From Trichosphaerium sp. ATCC 40318 (Eukaryota > Protista > Tubulinea): DNA of 64,000 nt. Position 1 is the first letter of the stretch, and each line of letters starts with the position of its first letter. The notes under the pieces were generated by a model. It was not told the origin of the DNA, searched no databases, and saw only the letters and a program-made list of their open reading frames with translations. The stretch covers positions 124,001-188,000 of the forward strand of contig JALMLS010000143.1 in assembly GCA_038496445.1 (NCBI GenBank), given 5' to 3'. The translations under genes were made by a program, and so were the position numbers. Positions 37,365-49,909 of the stretch are shown one piece after another.

Positions 37365-38515
37365 ACGGTGTACTGACTGTGGTTGTGGAGTATTTTGTGT
37401 TTTAAAAAACAATCAAGTCTTTGTTGGTAATTTTTGTTAAAAAAGTATCACTGAAAATCGACTTTGTATTTGTGTTACCTAGAACAACCCTTGATGTATT
37501 CATTTTATCGTTAATTTGTACTTTAAACAAATATTGTAGATCACGTGGCCGAGGTTTGAAAATTCGAATTTTCTATTCGTCGAAAATGAATTTCTTCAGC
37601 ACAAAAATCAAAAAAAATCAACACAAAAATATTGGCACACTTGCATACTGAGGTGTCCTCATATGTCTTGCTTGACACAACACTGTCGGGAGTAAAGAAT
37701 TAGTATAGTACATAGTTCTATAACAAGAATCTTTACTTAAGTACATCATAATTCTTCGCTTTTTCTAAGGTTTTCTCGTTGTAAAGGCCTACTTTATTTA
37801 CGCAGTTGATGTTCTTGATTCTGGTGCGGCGACGCTTCAGATGACGTCTCAAGCTTGTTCAATTACTTGTTCATTTTGATGACTTAATGAGACCTCCGTG
37901 GACATCCGCTCGTAAAAAGTTTACATCTGGCTCTACTAAACCCGAAAACAAAAAAAAATTAGTTTAACTGTTGCTTACTGGATATATAATAAACTTAAAA
38001 TCAATGTTATAAATTGTGGGCGATCCGCTCAAGTGTAGGTGCACATAGGACGATATTTATCGCATGATTCACAAGATAAGTTATCTTCATGCCCAATATA
38101 ATACAAAAAAAAATAAATTTAATAAAAATATAAAAATGCGGTTCAGCTTTTAACCTTCAGCTAGTATCAGCACAAATTATCTGATCGGCCTTTCTTTGCA
38201 TCATAACCGCATTACTTATAATAAAAAAATTCGAAAAGATATTCATGACAAGGAATAAATGGGTAAAAAAAAGTCAACGTACATTAAGATCAAATCACTA
38301 GCTACGAAAAACATTCTTCACTCTCTTTCTCCTGAGTAACTCCATAGTATACTCGCCACAATTAAAGATGAGCGTACACACTAGCTTACTATATTAGAAG
38401 CTATAACCTACAATACACTTAGCGGAAAGAAACTCAAAACAACCAAACCTTCTACTCTATTTTTTTTGCTGTGTTTCTTGATTTTAGCCTAACACGTGTT
38501 CTGGAGTACCAGGCC

Positions 38516-41466
38516 TCAAGAATTGGGATCCACAGTCATCAACGTAATATTCTTATGAACGACCATGCCCTCAGTTGTGCATATGGCCATTAAATTATCT
38601 TCATGCCACGCAATATCACAAACAACACTTCCCAAACTCATTCGAATTGGTTTCTAAATAAACAAGATTTCAGAATTTGTTTAAAGCAAACGACATACGT
38701 CTGGTGCATCAAGGTGCCAAAATACTACGTCTTTACCATCAGCTACAGCAACATAATCTTCCCGTAAGACAAGACGCTCTATAGGATTAAACACATGAGC
38801 AAAACGCAAACAGAAAATCACAAAATACAAAAAATTAAACAAAAGCTGAGTTGGACGCTTTCTGATTGTACCTATACGATCTATATTCGTAACACCTTTG
38901 TATGTATTCAATACTACTGCATTCTTATCGCCAAACTGGAATATAATCAGAAAGATAAAGTACACAAAGAAGAGCAACAGCTTGAAAGAAAAAAGCGTAC
39001 ATCCACAGCAACAATTCCATCTGGTGTTGGAAACGAGAAATATAGGGTTCCATCTGATACAACAACAGCCCGAGGTCCTCCAGCAGATGTTACTGAATTA
39101 GGGAAAGTAGTACAAACAAAAGCGTCAAGCTCTGTTGTGTTCTAAGCGAGATAAGAAAAGAAATACAAAAGAAGTCTTTAATTCTTACTGCGTATTGTAA
39201 TGGTTGTGCACCATCTAGAGATACCACAAGCTCCTCTAGAATGATACAACATAATTCATCAGAACTAGAAAGAAGAAGCATATCAACACCATGGTCAACC
39301 AGTTCGATAAGTGTAATAGGGATTTCAACCTTAACGAAGATATTTTAGAACTTTTTTTTTGTTCCTTTCAAAATAAAAAAACAAAACTGATCCGTACCTC
39401 ACTCTCACTATCGTTGGTGAACTTGAAATTAAAGAGTTCTTTTCCATGTAGATTAAAAGCTCTCATATAATTCTCATCTGTAACAACAAATACAACAGGA
39501 ACCTTTGTAACATTCTGGAATTCTACACTGAAAAAAATTAATTGACAAAGAAAAAAAAACAAACAAAAACTTCTTCTCCTCGTTTTAGTTTACATAAAAA
39601 AATACTTGGCAAGGCTTCTCAAGAAGGACCAATATGAAGGATCATAAAAAAGTATAAAAAAAAAGAAGTGTTATTCATGTGGGTAATTGCGAAACAAAAA
39701 TTGTTCAGTCATAAAAAAAATTAATCACGTACATGTTAAATGCAAGCAAAACAACACGCTCTTTAATGTTATAACCTGTACCCAATTCTATACATTTGAA
39801 TGTATTCTGAATATACTCTACTTTGACAACCTTATAAACTGGATTACCAGTGAAGGACATGGCTACAAATTAAGTCAAAAAAAAAAGCCCACAAGGCATG
39901 AACTCGAAAAAAAAACTTTCTCTTGCCGTCCATTAAGTCAAACAAGAAATGTGGAATAGCGCTCAAAACTATCTGTACAATGGTTCTAAGAGAATTCGGC
40001 CTGTGATTACGTACCAAAGTAGCTACCATCCGAGCACCATTCAAATTGGTAAATCTGTTTATTATGGTAAACCTCAGAAGTCCACATGGTATTATTGTCA
40101 AGGTCTATTAAAGAAACAGAAGCGTTATTAATAGTGTTCACAATAACAGCGACATGATGTTGATTCCCTGGTCTGAAAGCCTAAAACTCATAAATAAGGA
40201 TAAAGACGCACAAAGTAAAAAAAGCCAAAAGTGTCAAAAAAACGAGCTGAGAACAAAAAGTAGCAATTTTTGGTATACTCGCTTAGATGATTATCAAGAA
40301 AAGCCCCTTTGGTAAAGAACAAAGTAGGTGTTGTAAAAACAACTAATTTAACGTACACAAAGTGCTGGTTTGTCTTCACCAGTATCAAAATGTACAAAAC
40401 ATTGTAAAGGTAAATTACGTTTCTGCTCATTACTAAACGGATCCTCAATCTTTATTCGTTTCGTAACTGTCACTGTTTTATCCCCTTCGTCATCATCACT
40501 ATCTCTCTTACGTTTATTCCCAGACGCTGCGTCACTACGATAATTAATGACAAAGAAACTGTGCCAAAAGTAAAAAAATCGTAGACGAAAATGTCCATGT
40601 TTTTTAGCTGCACTTCAAATGATTTAAATTCTGTTACTCTCATCATGAGAATACGGGTTTTTATAAGTCTTATAGTTTACCATGGAGGTAAAAGAGAGCG
40701 TAAGAGTGCAAGTCACTCGAACAACAGTGCTTGGAGGGAGGTTTTTTGAATGAAATAATAAAAGGGTCTCGTTATGCTAATTACGTACGAAGGTTGCTCA
40801 GCGAATACAGATTCTAGTGTACGGTTTGGTTTTGATAATTTCATGAGTGTTGGGTGCTTTGTTAAATAAGGTTTGATAATTTCGTTGTAAAGTACTTCAC
40901 GGTATTCTCGTGATACAGAGAAGCCAGCAAACTGAGGATGATCTCTATGAAAAACTTTTGAGCTGACTTTGAAGTAATTTAGCTCTAATTACGGTACCCA
41001 ACTGATGGCATAGATGCCGCTTCTAAGTACGTGGCTTCAAAATGCGTTATAGCATCAGAATCGTTTGTTTTTTGTTTTTTTTGAAATTCTTTGGCGCGTT
41101 TTAGTAGCTTCATTGTTGTATTGAATTCTTTGTTATCTATAGCTTCTAATAGCATTTGTTGCCAGAGAAAAAATAAAATATACGTTGAAGAGTCACTGTC
41201 GTCATCAAAACTGGCGCTGTATTAGTATATAATAGCTTTTATGATTTATTGTGCCTCTCCATGTATAGTTGAGCATCATTTAGCTTACCACTAGCGAATA
41301 ACTCGTAAAAATGCCTCTCATCAAAGAATAGATCTCCAGTAGCCTCCTCCAATCTTAAAACTTAGCAAAAAAGGTAATATTCTGTCTAAACATACTTATG
41401 AGCTGCGCCATCGTATCCTGACTTCGCTAGGTACGTGTGTACCGCTTCTAGAGTGGCTTTGCGCAT
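38516..41466 (-). CDS. TOPLESS-like LisH-CTLH-CRA + WD40 corepressor-type protein
   Basis: MRKATLEAVHTYLAKSGYDGAAHKLEEATGDLFFDERHFYELFASGKLNDAQLYM; ILFFLWQQMLLEAID; FEWCSDGSYFG; VLNTYKG; YVAVADGKDVVFWHLD. Segments are collinear with plant TPL as I remember it. Middle exon joins not fully resolved. Confidence 0.7.
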
Positions 41467-41539
41467 GAGTACCGTGAAGATTGAAGTACGCTCGCTTAAT
41501 TGTCACTTTTTTACGTTTAAACACAACAAGCAACATCTA
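41467..41539. promoter_or_regulatory. Very short divergent intergenic region (73 bp ATG to ATG)
   Basis: ATG of the TOPLESS-like gene (-, 41466) and ATG of the BRF2-like gene (+, 41540) face away from each other. Confidence 0.6.
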
Positions 41540-43909
41540 ATGCAGGAAGAAACATGCCCAAAGTGCGGATCTGATGATATTGTTGTAGCTGAAGCTGAGG
41601 GCGTTGTTTGTTGTGGAAACTGTGGGTTGACCTTAGAAAACTCGAGGATTAACGATTCTGTTACATTCGATGGTATTTGTTAACAACCGTTGATAACAAA
41701 ATGGTGCTAAAGTACTCGTTAGGGGGAAGCGAAGTAGTAGGCCAGAATGTATCAAAATATGACGGTACTCTCCAGACGTACCAGTCTTCTACTGGCTATA
41801 AACGTAATCTTCGTCCAAATAGAGAGCAACGAATGGTACTAGAATTACTTTTAGTTTTAGAATTAATACAAAACACTCAAAACCAGAAAATAACGCCTCT
41901 GACGCGTTCCTCATAGGCTATGACGTATCGGAACGTTGATATCTGTCGGCAAAAGCTTGATTTACCCAAATCTTACGCCACACACGTTAAACATATTTTA
42001 ACGAAAGTATTTAAAGACGAAAAAACAGGATGGAGTATTGTACGGCCGTTTGTTGAACTTTACAACAGAATGTAGTTTCCACAAAAATTTGCTTTCTCTG
42101 AGCGAATTAACCGTTCCTAGGGTAAGCTAGGAAATCTACGCATTGGGGCAGCTTACTATGCTACCTGTAGAGTCCACTCAAAGGCTTGTACACTGATATC
42201 TGTAGCTGTATGTTTTGTTTCTTGATTGAACTTTTTTTGTTTATTTTTTTTTTGTTTTCTAGGATAAAATGCAATGTGATATGTTTAAACTAGGCTCTAT
42301 TTACCAACAAATACGCCGAAAAGCTGGTATGGTTATAAAAGAATCAGATCCACTAGACTACCTGGATTTATTGGCGTCACAAATAGATGTTTGTACGTAA
42401 TTATCCTTTTTTTTTTTTCCGTTACTGTTGAGTTCAGCCTTCACCTGCGAGTTAGGTGATGTTTATACTGTAGTATAACTTACTGTTTTTTAGCTTCGTC
42501 AAAGCAAATGGTTATAAGTGGACTTGCAAATCAGCTGGTAATACTTGCTAAACAGGACAGTCTTTGCACAGGTTTGTATTTTTGAACATGCTGTTTCAAT
42601 ATTCGTTTTTTTGCGGTTTGTTGACTTGGTTTTTTAAACCTAGGTCGCCGTCCAATAGTGATTGCTGGTGCTAGTGTTCAAGTAGCTTGTGCAATAAAAA
42701 AAATAAAGCTCACAGACAAAGATAACACTAAAATACTTCGGTACGTTAATATAAACATAATTACAAGAAAAACACTTCGTTGTTTCCATTCTTCAATTAA
42801 AAGCAACCTTCTCATTTGTTAAAACACGGCTTTAACTAATTGTTACAGTGCGCTTAAGTGTGCTAAAGGCACTGTTAAATCGAGGTATAAGGAGATCGTT
42901 GGTTGCCTTCAGAGTAGATACGAAAGCTTAATGAATGAGCCTATTAGTCTTAAAAGCGTAATAAGTGATGGGGAGTGGATCCTAGATATTTTGGGAGCTT
43001 TTAAAATACCTGATAAAGATGGAAACGACAAAGCCCCAAGAAAAAGAAAAAGGCATGTACCCCCAAGAGCTGCTGAATCAATCAAGGAAAACAGTTTTTT
43101 TTTCTTTTTTTTTTTTGACTTTGACAAAAATTACGCTTGTAGCGTCTTGTTGGATTTCGTTTTTAGTGTCTGTTTGTTAATAATAATACTCTCTTTAGGG
43201 GTCAAACCAATTTAGATACAGTAGTCTCCGCCAGAACGAGAAAGTCCAGAAAAACTTCTTCGACTTCAAAAAAGGATAAACCAGAGTCAAATTCTCCTGA
43301 AAACTCGCCTGACAATGGAAATAACTCATCAAATAATATTGAAGATCCAAAAGCGCCCTTGAATGTACTCAAAAATCGACGGCCTCCTAGTATGCGAAAA
43401 TCCGCAGCAAAAATGGCAAAACGGAAAGAAGCGGTTGCCAGGGCGAAAGTAAGGTTAGGCCTTTTACAAAGCTTGAGATCATCGGGTTCTGGACATGTGT
43501 TTGACGATATAAGTAAGAACCCTTACCACAAAGAAGCCTTAGGAGAAGAGGATTTACTCATTGAAAAACTGATACTGAGGGTGAGGAGGGAATTCCTTTT
43601 TTTTTTTTTGTTGCCGAAGAAGTGTTCTTTTTTTTTCGATGGTTGAGAAAATTATTAATCAAGTTTTTAGGGCGTTTCTGAGGATAAGATCATTGCAGGG
43701 AATTGTAAGGTTCCTGAAGAACCTCTTAGGGTTATAGATCTAGATTCTCCAATCATATCTGAGGCTGATATGCCAGACGAAGAGGTTTCTAAGTATTTAC
43801 GAACAGAATCTGTAAGTTGGTTATTTGATTTTTTTTTTTTTTACTAAGTTGTACGACCTTACACCTCCCATAGGAGATTAAATTAATGAATCAAATCCGA
43901 GAAATGTAA
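41540..43909 (+). CDS. TFIIB-related factor, BRF2-like (Pol III TFIIIB subunit)
   Basis: Zinc ribbon CPKCGSDDIV..EGVVCCGNCGLTLE; cyclin folds (GAAYYATCR, GRRPIVIAGA); PPSM pin-like motif; C-terminal DMPDEEVSKYLRTESEIK. Confidence 0.8.
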
Positions 43910-44093
43910 ACTAAAAAGAAAAAAAGCTGGCTTGTAAGTTTGTACAACAAGACCAAAGAGCTTTTTGTAACAAAACTGAAAAAAAATATAAATTGTAACA
44001 TACCATCACATCAGCTCGGTTAAGTCAAGGTCTATTTGTAGATTGAAAATTATTATCCTACAAACTGCTCCACACTGGTACATAAGCAATACA

Positions 44094-44334
44094 ATGAGTG
44101 CCGTTGCACATTACTATAAATGTATCGCATGCAAGGAGCCATTTGGCGTAAACAATACAAATCGGAGTGATGAACCGCAAAGTTACACTGTTAAATGCCC
44201 TATGTGCCAAGCCAACGTAATTATAAGGCTTGTCCCGCAAGCAATCGCCGGTAAGCGTCGTGACGTACTTAGAAAACGCAAACAACTTATCTCCTTGTCC
44301 TTTATCCTTTGTAGAGCGTAAACACAATTGTTAA
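44094..44334 (+). CDS. Small zinc-ribbon protein, 2 exons
   Basis: YKCIACKEPFGV...VKCPMCQANVII; GTAAGC...GTAG intron. Confidence 0.55.
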
Positions 44335-44465
44335 AACGCCCTCAAACGACTAGGCGGGAAATACACTTCATTGAATTTTTTTGAAACCGTTTCAATAGTG
44401 TGACGTTGTATTATTCTTAACAGCTCTCTAATATACTCAATTGTATTCTAGAAACATCATACACT

Positions 44466-44795
44466 ATGCTGCCTACAATAAGAGGTCCTCTTACAAGAGA
44501 AGAACTCACAAAAATGACCGTTAAGCTTCTTCGTCAAATATGCCGAGAAAAATCACTTCTGGTCGGTGGAAGGAAAACCCAACTAGTTGACAGGATTATA
44601 GTCGCTCAGAGTAAAGAAAAAAACAATAACACAACAAACTCGGAGCAACCACGTGACGAAAAGAGTAAAATGAAGAACGGAGATTCAAAACCAAGTCAAT
44701 CATCTACACCGCCACAAAACTGCGGTATCCAAAGCAACAAAGCCAATAGATCTTTCGAAGAACCAAAAGAAAAGATGAACGGCGTACATCTCTAA
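44466..44795 (+). CDS. SAP-domain protein
   Basis: LTKMTVKLLRQICREKSLLVGGRKTQLVDRI. Confidence 0.8.
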   Translation: MLPTIRGPLTREELTKMTVKLLRQICREKSLLVGGRKTQLVDRIIVAQSKEKNNNTTNSEQPRDEKSKMKNGDSKPSQSSTPPQNCGIQSNKANRSFEEPKEKMNGVHL

Positions 44796-45056
44796 AATCT
44801 AGCGCTTTCCTAAGCGTATACGATCACTCTCACAGTTGCCGTTTAAACAAGAGGCAAAATGCGTTGAACTGTGAGGTGAAAATTGTAAAATCTATTAGTA
44901 GGCCTTTTTTCTCAACTTCTACTACACCTACCACCCTGTACAATAAATACAATTATCTCATTTTTATCCCGCCATACAGTGAATAAGTGTATACAATTTT
45001 TCACGAAGATGAAAACTGGTTATTGTTTTAGAACTCATAAATCCACAATCGACTAA

Positions 45057-46342
45057 ATGGCAAAGTGTTCGCTACCACAAGAGCTTCTAGATAACCTAAA
45101 GAGCGTACTAAAGGAAGAATGTACTTTAAAAAGTCAGATAGGAGCCAGTGCGGGGTTACAACACCAAAACTACCTTGTTGAAACTGGCACGTGTTAGGAA
45201 ACGCTGGAAATATGATTAAACCTGACTCTTTTTCAAAGCATCGGGAAAGCAATTTGTGTTGCGTCAAAGTAGCCAAACTAGTCAGTTTGATACTGCTCAA
45301 CGAGAAGTTAATGTATTGACACACCTTAATTCTTCTGAAGTGGCGCCAAAGGTATGCTTCTTGCATAAAAACTAGTCAAACATGGTATTTTAGCTTGTTC
45401 ATCATGATTTCTCTGGAGCTGTGGTACCTCAAAAATGGATGCTGCTAGAGTACATAACGGGTAACCAAAAAAACTATCTCTGTTTTTGTTAATGATGCAT
45501 TACAGGAAGTCCTTTGGATATGGTAGCGATGGCAAAGCCAGAAGTTGTAACTGCAGCTGCAGAAGCTCTGAAAAAGGTACACAGATTTGAATGAAAAGCT
45601 TGCTCAACCACTTAAGATTCATGGTACGAGTCCTGGAGACTTGGAAGAAGTAGATAAGCCTCAAGAGACACTACTGTCATCTGATAACATACAAAAAGCT
45701 TTTCTTGGAGATTGTAGCGGTCACGATCCAGCTGTTCATAAAACACTCAGAGATCTTTATGCAAAATCAAAAGAGGTACTACGAAGACCACAGTTGACAC
45801 TTAAGAAGCTATAGGTATTTGAGCCTCTTGCCAAACAGTTCTGGGCACTCCCAAGAACCTCGTTGATTCATAATGATGCACATGCCGCAAATTTATTGGT
45901 ATCTGGTGATGGTTCAAATACAAATGCTGTGTTTGTTGATTGGGAAGGTACACATGTCTTGAACGAATTGATGTTTCAATGTTATTTTGTACTAATGCAA
46001 CTTAGGCGCTGGTAAAGGCTGTGTTTATGATGACTTGGGTACATTTATTGCAGCCAATCCATTGCTTTCAGCAGATGCTGAAGCATTGTTTTTGAAGGTA
46101 ATTGTTCTTGTTAGTAAAGTTGTTGACTTATTCTATAGACGTATGGCATAGACACTCAAGATGCGTCTATAGTATCAATGATTCGTTGCTTTAAAGTGAG
46201 AAAGTATGCAAAGATGATAGCTTTTTTTGTTATGGCTGTATCATCAATGGGTGATGGTCCAATGAAGGATAAACTAGTTAAAGGCATACCTTTCTTTTGT
46301 ACAAAGATGGGAGCAGAGCTTGATGTACTTTCGGGACAATAA
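45057..46342 (+). CDS. APH/choline-kinase-like phosphotransferase
   Basis: GLQHQNYLVET-ASGKQFVLR, LIHNDAHAANLL (Brenner motif), FVDWEGAGKG..YDDL. First intron is GC-AG. Confidence 0.85.
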
Positions 46343-46742
46343 CATTGTATCAACAAGACAGTGGTTACTATCTCCACTAGTAATAAACTATTGTTCTCGA
46401 GTTACACTAAGTGACAATAGAGATTAATATCGTTGTTTTAGGTTTTCGACAGTCTCTTGAAATAATATTGACAAGCAAGACTGTGCGGCATAATAAAACT
46501 GTACTTCTGAGGTTGGCTTAATATTCTGATTGCGTTATCTTAAGTACAGCTCCCCGAAATCTAGTAAGAGAAGTGGCTGGAGTCTTTTTGTCTGTTGCTG
46601 TAATAACATTACAGTGTCTAGTCACTCAAAGCAACAATACTTAATTTAACCTTTAGAAGTTTCACGTTGTGTGAGCTTTGGCAACTTGAAAAAATAAAAA
46701 CAAAACTTGAACGCCTACTACTTTTTTTTTTTTTGGCTGGTC

Positions 46743-49390
46743 GTTGGGATCAGAGAAACGTCTCTTGTAGGGACGTCTTTTCCCAGTTGGCGCCTGGGAA
46801 TACATTGCGTATTTCCGTTGCTTTTGGCAAGCGGCTATGGCTTTCCGAAGGGTAGCGTCCGCATAGTCTATGATGGGGTTTACATATTAAACTTACTACT
46901 GAACCTCAGTCTTTTCCCGCCGACCTGTCTAGCCTTTCTAGGGTCTATAGGCTGATTGCTGAAAAAAAGTTAAACAGTTAACGGAAATTGTAGTTGAAAT
47001 ACTTACTGATTAATTTTTCTTTTTCTATTTTGTTTTTCTATTGAAAAGTTAATATAACCGCACTATACAAGTATCAACACGAATTGTAGTGGGGGTATCC
47101 TAGGTTTATAGAGTGCTCTCGATTTTCGCGTTGGTAGAGCTAATTTTAAAACGTCAACTACAAGTAGGCAACAACATCCTGGCCACTCTCGTCGTGATGT
47201 TTTTTTGATTCGTTCCGTACTTGTCTGTCTTTTGTGTTCGTTCTTTTTACTACTCTCTATAAACTATCCATGAGTTAAACAAGCTCATTGAGATAAAAAA
47301 ACGTACTTTTTAAATAAAGAGAAGCTTGGAAAGGGTTTGAGGCAGAATTGTTGGCGTAGAATTGCCATCTTTCGCGTTTGAAGATTGCTTTGATGCCATT
47401 GGCGTACGTTGGAGGTTTTGAGTGTATTTAGGTTTTACATTGCAAAAACTACTCATTATCGACCAAAAACTGTTACAATACATTCCTGAGTCCACACAAT
47501 ATGCGTCAAATCCCATTAGATATACTGCAGTAAATTAAATTGTGAATTATTTTCAAGTGTTTATGAGAATTATCAATCAAAAAAGGAAAGTGACCAACTA
47601 TCTTTACCAAAAACGTGTTTTGAAGAAAATAGTGAACTGCTATATTAACCTTCTCAGGCCGTCTCAGACTGTTTGTAACGATGTACGCTTACAGCAAAAC
47701 TCCTGCAGTGTCGCGCAATTAAAGACTGGAAACGGTTTTGAGATAACACGTGACAAGTGTTCGTGGGAAGCTGTACACCAAGTTTTTATTCAATCGGGCA
47801 GTTTTTCACTTTTTCTGTAATCTACTCTATCGCCAGCGATGATACTCCGTACTTACTAGTACCACTGAATACCAGTAAAAAACCAATTCTTCTATAACTT
47901 TAAACCGTGTGATACGGTCGTGCAAACAGTTGAGTATAAACTACCACCAGAAACAACTTTCTACGTATTTTTAAACTTGTTGAGTACAATGACATAACTT
48001 TGTTAGCGATGAACACGAGTTTTGTGTATGTTACCACGCTGAAAAAATTGTTTTATGAAACACGTGATAAAACTATTTTAGTTTTTGTCAAATTACTTTT
48101 TACCTTACCATACATACATTCTATTATCTCTAACCGCCTAAATGATAGCTATAATTCTAGGAGTTAATGTATATGTTTATAGTTATTAGTACGGAGTTGT
48201 TATCGCCAGAGTAGATTACAGAAAAAGTGAAAAACTGCCCGATTGAATAAAAACTTGATGTACAGCTTCCCACGAACACTTGTCACGTGTTATCTCAAAA
48301 CCGTTTCCAGTCTTTATTTGCACGACACTGTAGGACTTTCGGTGTAACCGTATATGTTTACAAACACCCCTGAGACCGCCTGAGAAGGTTAATACAGCAG
48401 TTCACTATTTTCTTCAAAACACGTTTTAGGTAGAGATAGTTGGTCACTTTCCTTTTTTGATTGATAATTTTCATAAACACTCGAATATAATTCACAATTT
48501 AATTTACTCGCAGTATATCTAATGGGATTTGACGCATATTGTGTGGACTCAGGAATGTATTGTAACAGTTTTTGGTCGATAATGAGCAGTTTTTGCAATG
48601 TAAAACCTAAATACACTCAAAAACAATTACAGCATACCCCAATGGCATCTAAACAATCTTCAAACGTGAAAAAGAAATGGCGAAATCACCAAGCAAAAGA
48701 AACACAACAACAATTGGTGAGGGACCCAGAGATGGGAATGGGCCGAAGATCGAGGGACTTTCCGTTGGCTTTGGGTACTACAAACTCTTATTGGATTGTT
48801 ATTAACTTTTACATAGTAGTCCTAGCGAACCGCTTCGACGTGCTCACCAGAAGATGGCTAATCCAAGCAAGTACATGTCCCCTCGCTGTACGTTTAACTT
48901 GTAAACGACAATCACATGTTAACGTTTTATAATAGCTCGAACTACACAAAAATCGAGGGCACTCGATAACCTCAGGATACCGTCAAAACAAAGTATGTCT
49001 TGATACTTGCACATGTGTGGTTATATTAACTTTTCAATAGAAAAACAAAGCCGAAAAAGAAAAATAAATCAGTAAGTATTTCAACTACAATTTTCGGTTA
49101 ACTGTTTGTTAACTTTTTTTCAGCAATCAGCCTATAGACCCTAGAAAGGCTAGACGGGTCGGCGGAGAAAAGACTGTCGTTCAACTTGGTAAGTTTAATA
49201 TGTAAACCCCATCATAGACTAATATCGATCCATAGATCACTATATAAGTAAGACTAAGAAGGACACCGATGCGGACGCTACCCTTCGGAAAGCCATAGCC
49301 GCTTGCCGAAAGCAAAGGAAAGACGCAATGTATTCCCAGGCGCCAACTGGGAAAAGACGTCCCTACAAGAGACGTTTCTCTGATCCCAAC
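46743..49390. repeat. Long imperfect inverted duplication; arms ~46743-47852 and ~48188-49390, spacer ~335 bp
   Basis: Blocks 46743-47130 / 48950-49390 and 47370-47852 / 48188-48675 are reverse complements. The ORF track shows the same peptides on opposite strands (VGIRETSLVGTSFPSW, MGFDAYCVDSGMYC). Confidence 0.95.
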
Positions 49391-49722
49391 GCAATAAAAA
49401 AGTACGTTCCGTATCTTTCCCGGCTTCACATAGAGTGTATCAATACGCTTTTACCGCAGTGGGTTATACTCAAAAGACTTAATTTGTTAACTCTTATTGT
49501 AGATTTAAGCTAAGAGCTAAAAAGAGCCAACATCTTCGGCTTAGTCCAGCCGAAGAACTCGAGCTACGCAAAGCTAGAAGGAACCGTCAGCGCCGCTCTC
49601 ACAAATCTTAGTCCATGGACTTCGATTGGGAATATGCAAACTCCTTGGTTGCTCAAAAATATTTGTTGTAAAGTTAAAAAAAAATTGTGTTTTTATTATT
49701 TCGTTCATAGTTTCCTCAAGTA
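48642..49722 (+). other. Intron-containing gene-like sequence in the right arm (basic protein or pseudogene); decayed copy on the minus strand of the left arm
   Basis: Canonical GT-AG introns join ...KNKAEKENKS-PIDPRKARRVGGEKTVVQL-DHYISKTKKDTDADATLRKAIAACRKQRKD...; I could not build an uninterrupted frame from the ATG. Confidence 0.45.
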
Positions 49723-49909
49723 GAATTTCAACTCACAAAATTCAATTCTTTTTTGAGGGTGTAGTACACCTTTGCTATTATGAGGCGCTTATACTGCTAA
49801 TAAGTGATTACTGTCAGTTTTTAAATTTGATGATTGAAAAGTACTTTTTGAGTATCAAGCAAAACTTCGTGTTGATAATGAAGCCTTTAAAATTGTTTTT
49901 ATTGCTATC

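Noticed and set aside
37700-38500. Exon-like minus-strand segments downstream of the TOPLESS-like stop
   Set aside because: Could not assemble an open frame; may be a decayed 3' extension.
46743-49390. DNA transposon with long terminal inverted repeats
   Set aside because: No transposase, sharp termini or target-site duplication; arms contain spliceosomal gene structure.
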